From: Eledone cirrhosa
Taxonomy: Eukaryota
DNA: 64,000 nucleotides
Direction of reading: 5' to 3'
Assembly: GCA_964016885.1 (NCBI GenBank)
Contig: OZ024740.1
Location: 194,928,001-194,992,000 of the forward strand
The position numbers were made by a program, and so were the translations under genes. Below are positions 51,098 to 63,289 of the stretch, one piece after another (position 1 is the stretch's first letter; every line of letters starts with the position of its first letter). The notes beneath the pieces are model-generated. The model saw only the letters and a program-made list of their open reading frames with translations, was not told the origin of the DNA and did no database searches.

Positions 51098-53065
51098 ATA
51101 TATATATATATATATAAAGGATTGAACAATATTCAAACTTAGAAATCAGACTAATATTTTTTTATATACACCATCTGGTCATTGAGTGGTTTTAATAGAG
51201 TTTACTCTACTGCAAGCATTTAAAACAGGTCTTCTGCCCAAGGATGTAAACATTGTGTACTTTCTTTTTTTACAGCAGTCTTTAGAGGTCGTGCTAAAAA
51301 GGCCACGAGCACCATCCTTTCTCTTCTGATTATGGAAAATATATATATAATTGTAAATAAATAAAATGTTTCCAGCAATCCTCAACCTCAACAAAACTAC
51401 AACCAACCCACAAAAGAAAAAATCAAAATCATCAGCTTATCTTAACAAAAGAATATTTACTGTTTTAAAAGCCTTTTTTTTGTTTTGTTTTTTTGTTATT
51501 TCTTCTTTTTTTTTTTGGGGGGGGGGGTCTTTTTCTTCTATTTTTTATTATTCTTCTTCAAATCATTATCTCTCTGAGTTTGTCTTGACAAGAACTGCAG
51601 CATAAATAGATGCAATCTCTTGTCAATGTTTAGAGACAAGATGTCTCGTGTGGATATTATTTCCATTCTAGCTCATATAATAGCATTTCGATCTACAGTG
51701 AATATTTACCCTGTTCATTTTATTCCACTCATAACATCTATCATAAGTCACTCTCACATAGTCTGACTAAATATTGTTTGTTGTTCATTTTTGGAGGATG
51801 AGTATGTAAATGTTATAACACAACACACTAACACACAAACATGTATGTATATATACTCAGATATTACCAACTAAGGAAGGAAAACATGTGCATATGTGTG
51901 TGTGCGCGCATGTAAAGTAAATGGATCCACCAATAACTTTGATTATGGGTATTTTGGTTGTTCGATAAATTAAGCTATTCAATATATCAATACAACAAAT
52001 GCTCCAGCGCTGGTGCCATGAGAAATGCACCCAGTACTCCCTGTAAGGTGGTTAGTGATAGGAAGGGCATCAGGCTGTAAAAACCATATAAAAAAAGGGT
52101 CAAACAGGTACAACTTGCTTAGTGTTCCAGATCTACATGATAAACTCATGACTGGTGATAGGAAAAGTATCCAGCTGTAGACAACTTGCCAAATAAGGGG
52201 CAAGGAGGACACTCCAGTTGTGTCAAAGACATGAAAACCTCCACATTGTTAATGATCTACATGATAAACACACATAGAACATTCTGTGAAGTGGTTGATG
52301 GCTGGAAGGGTACCTAGCCATAGAAAATTTGCCAAAGGTTCAAAATAACATTTCCCTAGTGCTGGTGCCACCAAAAAATGCACTCAGTAGAATTTGGGAA
52401 GGTATGTAAGCAAGATGCAAGCCCTTGGCCCATCTGAACACTTGATGGAGTGCAGAAACGCAAGTAAGCAAATACTGTCTATGAAGTCAGTAGTTCTATT
52501 TGAGGACTAACTTGGTCTGTGATAACACATCCATCCCTTGCTAGCAGAGAAAACATATTAAATTATGAAGATGATGATGATGATGATGGCTAAATATTCC
52601 ACAGACATATGTACCTTTAATGTAATTGTCAAGTAGAATCAGTATGACATAGAAAAGGTAACAGGACTGACTTTTGAATTACAAGTAGAGTCCATTTGAA
52701 GGGCTCCAACGATTTCACTCACAATTTCAATCAATTTTATTCACAAGTCAACACTGATCTTTGTTATTGCAAAAAATTTCTTAAGCACTCAGTCACACAA
52801 ACATACACACACATATTACCTAAAATACTGAGAGATTGCATTTGTGGATAAGTTTGTAAATAAAAGTCCATGCATACATTGACAAACATATATTTAACTT
52901 AACTGTATAAATAAGTAGACCATGTGGGGAAACCACAGAACTCTCATTGTAGAACAAAAAGAACAACTTAACACATTTTATCAGTCATTATTGATTCATC
53001 AAGTGTATTTATTTCTATCTGCTTGAGTGTGTGTGTGAGAGAGGGGGGAGGAGAAAGAAAGACAG

Positions 53066-53117
<52 letters not shown>

Positions 53118-53249
53118 CCAATAAAAAAAAAAATGTTTATCCGTGTGAGCTGGGATGCCACTTTGGTAAGAACAGGAGTAAGCAGGAGAAAGCTCTCTAC
53201 ATTCATAGTGTGTAGTTATGATGGAGATTCAGTAAATGAATAACATTAA

Positions 53250-53440
53250 GAAAACTATTTTGGAGGAGATGAAAGTTGATTAAATAGGCCCCAATGCATT
53301 ACTGGTACTTTATTTTATTGACCCCATGAGGAGGAAAGGCAAAGCTCCCCTCAGTGGGATTTGAACTCAGAACATAAAGGTCCATAACTATATACCACAA
53401 AATGTGTTGTCCAACACTCTACTGATACTGCCAATCCACA
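53250..53440 (-). mobile_element. SINE family C
   Basis: Reverse-similar to 24923-25112. Confidence 0.7.
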
Positions 53441-53979
53441 TTGCATCTGTATGACTAGATAATAACTATTATCTCTCTCAGGAAGCAATAGTAGAAAGTG
53501 CTGACAGTTTAGCAGTTTGAATATATTTTGGTTTAATTTTATTCAGCAGGACTATGTCAACACTGAATTAAAGAAATTTTACAGAACTTTTTCTTCACAC
53601 ACTATCTCACACACAGAGGTGAAGGTGTGTGCCTTACTTGTTAAGGTGTTATATATATATTCTCAGTGCTTCAAAAACCAAAAATTCGACTTCGAGCTTT
53701 GTTTGTTTACACATGGATGTCTGTCTGTCTCTCTGCCTGTCTGCTGACATCTGAAAGCTATTAAAATGACTGGAAGAAATTTATCATTGGCTCCTTAGTT
53801 TAAAGGTTAAAGGATCTAGCCAGTATCTGCAAGATATGGTGTTCAATTTCTCATAGAAGCAATTGGCAACTTCTTTTTCTGTCTTTTAAGGGTCTTCACC
53901 CTATTTCATAAACTATCTTTATAGCATTTCTGCACTTGAGCACTTTCTTTATACTTATATATATACACATACACGCATA

Positions 53980-55241
53980 CAGGGTGCGAACGATATTTGT
54001 CTAGGAAAAAATAACACAGTAGTTTTATTTTTTTAAGATTTATTTATCAAACTTGGGTCAGTTTGTCTTCATGACTTGTTCTTTTGATCTCACTCGATAA
54101 ACCTGCCATTGGCTTTGATGACGGCCTCGGAACCGGCTACAGGCCTTCGTCACTATCCCCCGACAGTGATCCTGGCCTTCAGATCGTCTTTCGTATTGCA
54201 GCTAGATCTGTTGGTGTCTCATTCCACTGCGCCCCACACAAAGAAGTTGAGGGGGTTGCAGTCAGGCGAGTTGGGAGGCCAGATGTCAGGTGAAGTGTGG
54301 TCGACAAAGTTCTCTGACAGCCAGGCTTGGGTCTTTCGGCTGGTATGGCAGGGTGCTGAGTCTTGCTGCTACACATACAGCCTACCTGCAGCTACCTGGT
54401 CAGTCCAGGGCTTTACTACCTCGCTCAGAACGCGGATGTAGCTATCGGTGTTCAGCTTGAGGCCCTCAGGGAAGAAGTGAGGTGGCATGATGTCACCTTG
54501 ACTGCTGACGACACCTAAGACCAATGTTGTTGCTGGAAACTTTGTCTGCATGACTCTGGGCATATCTTTGGATGAGACAGCAAGCCACCTGTTCTTCTGG
54601 GAGTTGATCTTTTGGTCTTGGCAGAAGTTTTTCTGTCGGAGAAAAACCACAGCATGCTTGGCTCCAGTGGGTGTTTCAACTTGTTGATCCGCTTCTTTGC
54701 GTGCTTCAGTCGCTTTTCTTGCATTGCCTTTGACAGAACTTGTCCTTTCCTCATCTTGTATGAAACATAGCGAATGTCTTCATGTACCACCAGCCTAATG
54801 AGCTTTTCATCCACGCCTTTCTCCTTTGCAATGGCACGCATGGACTTGCTAGGTTCATTGTTGATGATATTCTGAAGTTCAGTGACGAACTCGGGCATTC
54901 TGAAGGCGTCAGATTGTCAATCATGTGCTTTCCTCTCTGATGTTGCTTCCTAGTTGAATCCTGAATTTTCCAATTCCTTTCTGACCTTTTCCACCATTCT
55001 CCTGCTGACGCTGAGAAAGTCTGAAATTTCCTTATTTGTCCTCCCGGCGCGGATTCCAAGAAGAACTCCGTGTCTCTTCCACAAATTTGGAGGTTCAAAA
55101 TTATTCATAATCAATTATTCTGAAAATAAATAATGGAAATATAGTCACTGTTTTTATGAAGACAAGAGTGACAACGGAAGTAAAAAAGATTTGCATAAAA
55201 TTAGTAGTTGAAAATTGCGAACAAATATCGTCCGCACCCTG
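53980..55241 (-). mobile_element. Tc1/mariner DD37D (maT-like) element, full length, frameshifted transposase
   Basis: TA|CAGGGTGCGAACGATATTTGT ... ACAAATATCGTCCGCACCCTG|TA; motifs WFFSD, QDQKINSQKNRW, QQDSAPCH, WPPNSPDCNPLNFFVWG across frames. Confidence 0.9.
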
Positions 55242-55384
55242 TATATATATATATATACATGCACACACACATTTCTCCAAAATGATTGACTGAATACACA
55301 CATGAACTTTCTAAAGAAAAATATTTTTTGTTCCTTCCTTTTCTCACTCTCGTCTTTTTATTTCATCTTTTATTTGTAATTCTA

Positions 55385-55420
55385 TCTTCTGATGAAGGTC
55401 TAATGTCCGAAACTTAAAGA
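55385..55420 (+). ncRNA. Degenerate minimal hammerhead motif
   Basis: TCTT-CTGATGA-AGGTCTAATGTCC-GAAAC-TTA-AAGA; stems II and III imperfect. Confidence 0.35.
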
Positions 55421-55517
55421 CTCTTTTCCTACCATATCAAGCATTAAACGAATATATTTCTTTATTGTACAGTGTTGTTTGCTTTGTTGTTTCCATTTAC
55501 TTTTTGTATACATACAC

Positions 55518-55550
<33 letters not shown>

Positions 55551-55798
55551 TATGTAATAAATGACTGATAAGTTTCCATAAGCTGGTACAATGTCCTAGA
55601 TATATATAAAGGGCAAAGGATGACAAAATAAAACAAAACAAAGTAATGTTTTACTAAGTATATTTCAACATTATATATCAGGGCTATTATCCTCTTTTTA
55701 GGTGTAACAATGTTTTTGGATCGCTAGGACTGCCTTATCCTCAAGAAATTACATAATAACTAGAATAAGCAATATTCTTCTGCTATATATATATATAT

Positions 55799-56136
55799 GG
55801 AGGCACATGGCTTAGTGGTTAGAGCATTGGCCTTGCAATCGAAAGGTTGTGAGTTCAATTCTCAGACCGGGTGATGTGTTGTTTCCTTGAGCAAGACACT
55901 TTATTTCACATTGCTCCAGTTTATTCAGCTGTAGAAATGAGATGATAGGGACTGGGGTCGATATCATTCCACTGCAAAGTGGTTGTGGAGGTGCCACGGC
56001 AAAATAGCACCCAGCACTCAGTGTAAATGAGGTTGGTGTTAGGAAGGGCATCTAGCTGTAGAAATCAAGCCAGAATCAGTTCCCGTCCCACCCTTGCAAG
56101 CAGGGAAAAGCAGACGTAAAATGAAATGATGATGAT
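55799..56136 (+). mobile_element. tRNA-headed SINE family A
   Basis: A/B boxes, RTE tail, (TA)n flanks. Confidence 0.9.
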
Positions 56137-56714
56137 ATATATATATATATATAGTCATTTTGATTAGCAGGCCATGATGCAATATGCAAAAGTAGTTGAT
56201 GTTAAGTGTAACTTGAAATTTGTAATAAATTGAAGTGAGAACCAACAGGTGCATCTAATTTTAGTGGCAGCATGACACCTCCTACAGTATAAACATATAT
56301 ACATATTAAGTTTGTGGTGCTGAGACTGGGGACACCTCAAATCAGGGGAGTACTCTATGCATGGGAAGAGCAGAGAGGGTATAGAGGAAGGTATACACAC
56401 ACATACTTATACATATGTGTGAGTGTGTGCATATATGTGTGTGCCTGTATGCACATCCTGAGCAGTTGAAAAATGAAGCAAGAGTAGCATTTTGAGATAG
56501 CTGTGAAAGTTATGTTATCATATGAAAATATGTGTTTACATTGGTGATAGACAGTTGTTAAATGGATGATACAAAGCTTTCTTAATGTCCAATATCTTGC
56601 TGACATTTGACATCCAAAGAGATACTAAGAAAAGAGAAGAAAGTAGGTGGTAATTCAAGAAATATATCATCAACATCATATATATATATGATATATATAT
56701 ATAAATATATATTT

Positions 56715-56780
<66 letters not shown>

Positions 56781-56921
56781 AGTATATGTTGGTTGTTTAC
56801 CAACATCTCAGTATGCAGATTGGAGCACTCAATGAAGTACGTAGGTTGGTTTGGTTACTCTGGAGTAATGTAAAATAATTAAGTCAAATATTTAAAATTT
56901 GGCTTCGTTTATTAAAGATGT

Positions 56922-56976
56922 ACTGCTATATATATTTCGGTGACAGCCATCATTGGCTGTGACCTCTTCAGGCAGT
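56922..56976 (-). ncRNA. Type I minimal hammerhead ribozyme (intact core)
   Basis: ACTGC-CTGAAGA-GGTCACAGCCA.ATGA.TGGCTGTCACC-GAAA-T-ATAT-A-TA-GCAGT. Confidence 0.75.
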
Positions 56977-57120
56977 CTGAATTGGTGTGGTAGAGACAGG
57001 TACACATGTTGTTGAAGTGTTTTACTCCGTCAATACTCCAATATGTCCAGCTCCTGGTTGGGTTGTTATTTCTCAAGAAATAACACTTCAACAACATGTC
57101 TCTACCACACCAATTCAGAC

Positions 57121-57171
57121 TGCCTGAAGAGGTCACAGCCAATGATGGCTGTCACCGAAATATATATAGCA
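57121..57171 (+). ncRNA. Type I minimal hammerhead ribozyme (mirror copy, shorter stem I)
   Basis: TGC-CTGAAGA(57124-30)-stem II-GAAA(57157-60)-TATATATA-GCA. Confidence 0.7.
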
Positions 57172-57240
57172 TTACATCTTTAATAAACAAAGCCAAATTT
57201 TAAATATTTGACTTAATTATTTTATATATATATATATATA

Positions 57241-57485
57241 TCATCATCATCATCATCATCATCAACGTTTAACGTCCGTGTTCCACGCTTGCATGGGTTT
57301 GGACGGGGGTTTTCCCACTTGAGGCAAGAGTTATTGTCTTGCTCGCATAGGACTGTTTGGCAGGTTTTCTACAGTTGGATGCCCTTCCTAACACCAACCA
57401 CATTTACAGTGTGGAACTGGGAGGTTTTTACCGTGTTGCCTACACGGCCACATTACAGCGTGGACTGTGTGTTTTTTTGTCGTGA
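57241..57485 (-). mobile_element. Bipartite RTE-derived element
   Basis: Same family as 36131-36505, single module. Confidence 0.8.
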
Positions 57486-57486
57486 C

Positions 57487-57555
<69 letters not shown>

Positions 57556-57749
57556 TTTTTTTTTTTGAAAAGAAGGAAAAGAATGACTTCACTTGTAGTG
57601 TTAAAAAATTTTTAATTTAATTTTATAATATTATAATATTATGAGTTGTGTGTGTGTGTGTGTGTCGAAGAGATTGTTTTGGTAAAAGCAGGAGCAAGTA
57701 GGAGAAAGCAGTCAACATTTGTAGTTTTTAGTTACAATGGAGATTTTTA

Positions 57750-57860
57750 TAAAAATAACAAAAATAAAAATGCTGGTGTTACATAAATAGTTTGCATGGA
57801 GAACCATGGAAATAATTATAATGATTAAACGATTTATGTAACATCAGCATTTTTATTTTT

Positions 57861-57870
<10 letters not shown>
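57750..57870. repeat. Hairpin (~120 nt)
   Basis: AAAATAAAAATGCTGGTGTTACATAAAT ... ATTTATGTAACATCAGCATTTTTATTTT. Confidence 0.75.
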
Positions 57871-57899
<29 letters not shown>

Positions 57900-57984
57900 T
57901 TGTGTTAGTTAATCAACTAAAACCCGTGTATGCAGGATCGAGCACTTGATGAAGTACACATGTAGATTTGTGCACTCTGTAGGT

Positions 57985-58178
57985 ATAACAATGAAGTAGA
58001 AGTCAGTAAGGTATAATTTACCTAATATTATTGATTACATAATCACTACTATACATATTTCGATGGTAACTGTTATCTAGGTTACCACTGAAATACATAT
58101 AACAGCAATTATGTAATGAATAAAATTAGGTAAATTATAACATACTAGCTTCTACTCTTCCACTTCCTTGTTATATAC
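57985..58178. repeat. Decayed palindrome with hammerhead stem II/GAAA remnant
   Basis: TATAATTTACCTAAT..TTACATAAT..ATTTC.TGGTAAC / GTTACCA.GAAAT..ATTATGTAA..ATTAGGTAAATTATA. Confidence 0.6.
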
Positions 58179-58447
58179 ACATATCATATTTTAGTACAAT
58201 TGAAGTATATATATATATGTAAACAATACTTTCTCCAACAGCATGATATCACAATCTTCCCATTCGATGGTTATAAGCCCCTTATCTGAGATACTAGTTG
58301 CAGTGATCTAGTGAATTCAGTATCATACCCAAGCTTCATTGAGAAAACTGAAGATTAAAAACTCTCAAAATACTGACTGCACTGCAATGGGTTTTCTTCT
58401 TTTTTTCTTCTTTTTTAATTTGTCCTATAATAATATTACATGCTACT

Positions 58448-58500
58448 ACTCACCGATACTTGACAAGAGCACTTACCTGCAATGAAAGAAAAAAATTGTT
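58448..58500 (-). promoter_or_regulatory. Candidate recursive splice site with 23-nt RS-exon (58454-58476)
   Basis: aatttttttctttcattgcag|GTAAGTGCTCTTGTCAAGTATCG|gtgagt. Confidence 0.55.
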
Positions 58501-58799
58501 ACTTCAATAATATAAAATAAAATATAACGCAACATATATTTTTTATATTCATAATTAACTCTTAACATCCTGTACCACATGAAACCATATTAGCAAAACA
58601 TTTTTGAAAACTACAAAACTGTACTATGCCTGCATTACATTAAAATTTAAAGTATTTTCTTTAATACTACAAATTTTTACAATAATTCATCCACTAGGAA
58701 AGGTACTATAAACCTCTGAATTAAGAAACCCATTTTTAGATATTTTCTGGTAAATCATTGTAGGATATTAAGTATCAATCAACAATCACGTATATGCAA

Positions 58800-59210
58800 C
58801 ATTTAGAGCATCAAACACCATTCATTATGGCACAGAGTTGTGGCCCTTTACCTTCTAAGTTCAAATTCCGCCGAGGTTAGCTTTGCCATTCATCCTTACG
58901 GAGTCGAGAAAATAAAACACCATTGGGGTCGATTTAATAAATTTTTCCCTTCCCCAAAGTTTGCTGATCATGTGCTTATAGTAGAAATCATTACTTTTGA
59001 TTGGCAGAATCGGCAGAGCGCCAGACACTATACTTTGCGGCATAGAGTTACAGCCCTTTACGTTTTGAGTTCAAATCCCAACGAGATTAGCTTTGCCTTT
59101 CATCCTTACAAGTTTGATAAAATAAAGCACCAGTAATGCACTGGGGTTGATATAATTAACTTTCGCCTTCCTCAAAATTGCTGGCCTTGTGCCTAAACTA
59201 GAAACAATTA
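58800..59210 (+). mobile_element. Two tandem SINE family C copies
   Basis: AGTTCAAAT..GCC.TTCATCCTTAC..AAATAAA cores at about 58860 and 59070. Confidence 0.7.
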
Positions 59211-60129
59211 TTTTTAGAATAATCGACTGCATCACATTAAAAATTAAAATTGTTACTTATTTTACAAATTTTCACACTAATCTGTCCACTAATAAAGATA
59301 ATACAAAGCTATTTAAAAATATTTTCTGAAAAATCACTATAGGATATCAAGAGTTAATTGTAAATATTATTCTTAGTAATTGTATGAGTAACTTTCATAA
59401 TGGCATCATTCCAGTAAACAAATTAATTTCATATCAACTATCAACTTCACAAGATATTATTATATTCCGATACTGTCCTGCTGTTGAGATTCCAGGTTAA
59501 AGAAATTGAGATCCAGCTTTTGCAAATACAGGATTTGTCTATATTCTATATATATATTAAAGTATGTATGTGCATGCACACACACACACACATACGTATA
59601 TATATTCAGATATACTATTGAAGATGCTTGTTAGTAACACTGTTAGTCACAATCAATAAAATATCTACTCAATAAATATAACAACAGAAAGAGGTTGAGA
59701 TGTACAGAGACAGTTATATAAAAATGAGAGGTGGAAAAAGAAATACATACAATACAGTTTGAATAATAATTTAACAGCAGAATATATTATAAAACAAAAA
59801 CCTCCCTCCAAAATGTAAACCCAAGTGGAAAGGAAGTAAGACATGTGATGTGGTGTCCATGTCTCCCTGGAATTTTATAAAGTTCATAGTACTTTGAATA
59901 TCCAGCAATGGACTATTTGAATAATCTGCTAGAATAAGATGGAAAAGGCAAAGCACAGATTAAGAAAGAGATGGGTTGTGAAACAGGAAAGTGGATAAAT
60001 TGTTAATTTACTAATAAGAAATAATTACACACTTCTATTGAGGCAGAGTAGACCACCCACATGAATGACCCTGCAGGTTGGAAAGGCTATTTCAATGTCT
60101 CCCTTGTCGTCTTCTGGGATAACACTTAC

Positions 60130-60292
60130 TCCGTTCTGTTCACTGGGACAATGAGGTGACATGTGCCTGGGGTTCTGCATGCCAATGAATGTTCTCCAAA
60201 ATTGTCCAGCCATGTATTAGTCAGGTAGTGACAGTATGGCTTGCTGGTATTAATGGTTAAACTCATTTAACTACACAATATCTACACGACTT
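60130..60292 (-). other. Candidate exon carrying a start codon (CDS 60213-60130, MAGQFWRTFIGMQNPRHMSPHCPSEQNG)
   Basis: Acceptor tgttgatttcag|AAG; stops in all frames before the ATG; perfect donor GGA|gtaagt; unique higher-GC island. Confidence 0.4.
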
Positions 60293-60330
60293 CTGAAATC
60301 AACACTACAGAAACAAAACACTGGAAAGAA

Positions 60331-60420
60331 CCGTATATACTCAAATACAAGCCGAGGAATATGTGACCAAAATATTGATGGTAAAATGGTCTTATATTCA
60401 GGGTCAATATTTTGACAATT
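60331..60420. mobile_element. pogo/Tc2-like terminal remnant
   Basis: CCGTATATACTCAAATACAAGCCGA ... GTCTTATATTC resembles Tc2-type ends. Confidence 0.35.
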
Positions 60421-61387
60421 TTCACCAACTACTAATTCTATGTAAATAAGATGCTAAAATATCTGGAGTGATTATTTTAGAATGAAACACTGTTTTTCTA
60501 TATTTACTACATCGCTGTTGGTGTCTATGCATTCCCTTGAAAATATTTCCAACAAATTTTCACTGCTCTTTGTCCACAGCAATGCCTTTGCCATTTTGTT
60601 TGCAGGACACTGCCAAAATACCACTCTGACTTAGGAATAGAGTCTGTCATCCTCTTTGTTTCATTGCTTAATAATCCTTGCCCTTTCCCTCTCATTCATA
60701 GACTTTTGCAATGCTACTTTCTTTTTCTTTGATTAATTTCTATTGATTTGTTTCTTTTGATTACTTCCCCAAATAAAAATTCTCTATATTATACAAATTG
60801 TTATAATTTGAACTTTTTAATACATAAAAATCTCATACACATACACTTATGAACACGCACATACATGCATGCACATGCACACACAATCATACATATTTTC
60901 TCTGACAATGATTTTTCTTTCAATCTCACTTCTGATTTTATTTTATTGGCCTTCTCTCTCTCTCTCTCTCTCCACGTTCTGCCTCCCCTCACAATCACTT
61001 GCTATCTCTCCCTCCTTCTTCTATTCTATGAAACCCTATACAAAGTTCTCTTCTTTGATCTTTGCTTTCGAAGTACTCCTAGCATATGAGTGGCCAGAAG
61101 TAAACACAAATTCGAGAAACCTGTTGAAACTTAACATAATGGAAACTCATGAGACTAACATTTTGAGTATATTGATGCAGAATACATGAAAGTGGAAACT
61201 TGTAAAGGTTGTGGAATGTCTGGCTTCTCACTCAAGAGTGGGCAGGCTGTCCTTATTTGTTTTTATATGTATTTATATGGTAACATTGCAATGATGTGCA
61301 TTGCAGAGCAAAATAAATGAATAATTTAAATCAAGTCATAATTTAGAACTGTTCCTTAGGCTTGGTTTAGATTATATATATATATAA

Positions 61388-61750
61388 CTCACTATCATCA
61401 ATTCAGTGTTCATGCCAACCCTTACCTATGGTCATGAATCTTTGGTAATGACCAAAAGAATATGATCGTGAATACAAGTGGTCAAAATGGGGTTCTTCTT
61501 TGGAGTAATGTTACTCAATAGAGTGCATAGATCGGAGATCAGTGAGTCACTCCATGTAGAGTCACTAGTTTTCTGAATTGGGAGATGATAGCTGTGATAC
61601 TATGGATATATGGTTAGAATATATATGGAATGAATCACTGGACAGATTTTATGAGTAAAACCAACAGACAGGAGACCCAGGGGCAGACCTCGATCAAGAT
61701 GTTTGGATAACATCCATGAGCTTGGCTGGTATCCCTTGGGGATACATCCA
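61388..61750 (+). pseudogene. Decayed RTE LINE 3' fragment (second RTE family)
   Basis: SVFMPTLTYGHESLVMTKR.. and KPTDRRPRGRPRSRCLD; followed by (GAG)(GAA)n. Confidence 0.65.
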
Positions 61751-61864
61751 GAGGAGGAGGAGGAGGAGGAGGAGGAGAAGGAGAAGAAGAAGAAGAAGAA
61801 GAAGAAGAAGAAGAAGAAGAAGAAGAAGAAGAAGAAGAAGAAGAAGAAGAAGAAGAAGAAGAAG
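61751..61864 (+). repeat. (GAG)n(GAA)n microsatellite
   Basis: Direct reading. Confidence 0.95.
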
Positions 61865-63289
61865 ATTTTTAAAATGGAATATAATTATTGTACTTAAATA
61901 TTAAAGAAATTGAATATGTTGTTGCATGTCATTCTCCTGTCACCAAAGAAATGTATTTTAATAATTCACTACAATGCAGGCTCCTATTGAGTCTCTGAGA
62001 GTTGAGAAAAAAAATTAAAAAATGCTTTATTGAATATTGGTATTGGTTTGAATCACCTCAAAGGTACTGTGATATGTTATTTTAACCATGCCTCTGTTTA
62101 TTACTAGCTCATATCCCATCTTTTCTTAATTAAGTTGAGGGGAGGAATGATGATTTTGTATTGAATAAAGATTGATGCATTATATTGAATAAACGACAAG
62201 ACAAAATAAGTTAGTGTGAGCTTGTATCATTTCCCTGTTCATACATTTGTATATATTGACAGATATATTACAAAATACAGTCATGTACACACACTTACAC
62301 GAGCAGAAAACCCCCTGGAAGGCAGTTTTTCTGCCAGTGTGTATACATATATGTTTGACATTTTGTTTTTGTAATTTATCAGTGTTTATATTACCAATTT
62401 TTAATGTTTCAATATACTGTATAAATATCTTGCCCTACTCTTTGTTTTTATATAACTATGTATGTATATTCCCACTTGTCTTTGTAAACCCCATTTTGTA
62501 ACATTTTATTGTATGTATTGATGGCCCCTGCTGGCAAGAAAAAATGACTACTACAGCTACTACTATTCTATCAAAGAAATAAGTTAAAAATAAATCAAAA
62601 TAACTGAAGAGGTATTACAGAGAAGGGAATACACATATACACATAATGCAATATTCTAGAAATATTCAAAAGGTTTTCCTAATAGCACTTTTCAATAAAT
62701 GTTGTTCTGTATTGTTTGAAGAGAAAGACATTACAGTAAGTGTCTTAAAGGAACAAACAAGCTTTATATCTTATACATCAAAAGAAAATATACATTAGTC
62801 TTTGTTGTGACAAAAACAACAATAAAACAATAACATCCATAGGAATTTATTTCATAAATTACTTTTTATTGCCCTCATCTAGTATTTCTTCCATAAATTT
62901 GCCTGAATTTCAGTGCAATTCCAACATTTGATTTATCTAATTTTGCCTTAGTCTCACTACAATTTCAGGCTTTGTTTTTATCTGATACTCTAATATTAGT
63001 ACAAATCCATAAAAACATTATTATAATAGTATCCCCCAACTTCAAGAATTGTAAGCACTATCATATTTTGGTGAGGACTTAATTATATTTTTTTTACGAG
63101 AAATAAACAGAACCATATCAAGAGATAAATGACAAAATTTGAATGAATCAACCTGGAAAATTCTGCCTGGTGACTCAACTTACTGAAATAGTAGCTTAAC
63201 CTCTCAAATTACACTCCATAGCCTTTAAAAAAAAGAGAAAGGAATGTTGGGTAATGTAGTCTGAGATATATTATTACAATATTGCTTCT

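Larger units (their letters stand above)
56871..57224. mobile_element. Penelope-type inverted pLTR palindrome (~145-150-bp arms, ~60-bp spacer)
   Basis: 56871-57021 is the reverse complement of 57082-57224 with few mismatches and one small indel. Confidence 0.85.

Noticed and set aside
59771-59956. Exon following the 60130 candidate
   Set aside because: Phase 0 continuation hits a stop and there is no convincing donor
61703-61904. Poly-Lys/Arg/Glu ORFs
   Set aside because: Translations of a (GAA)n microsatellite at the tail of a decayed RTE
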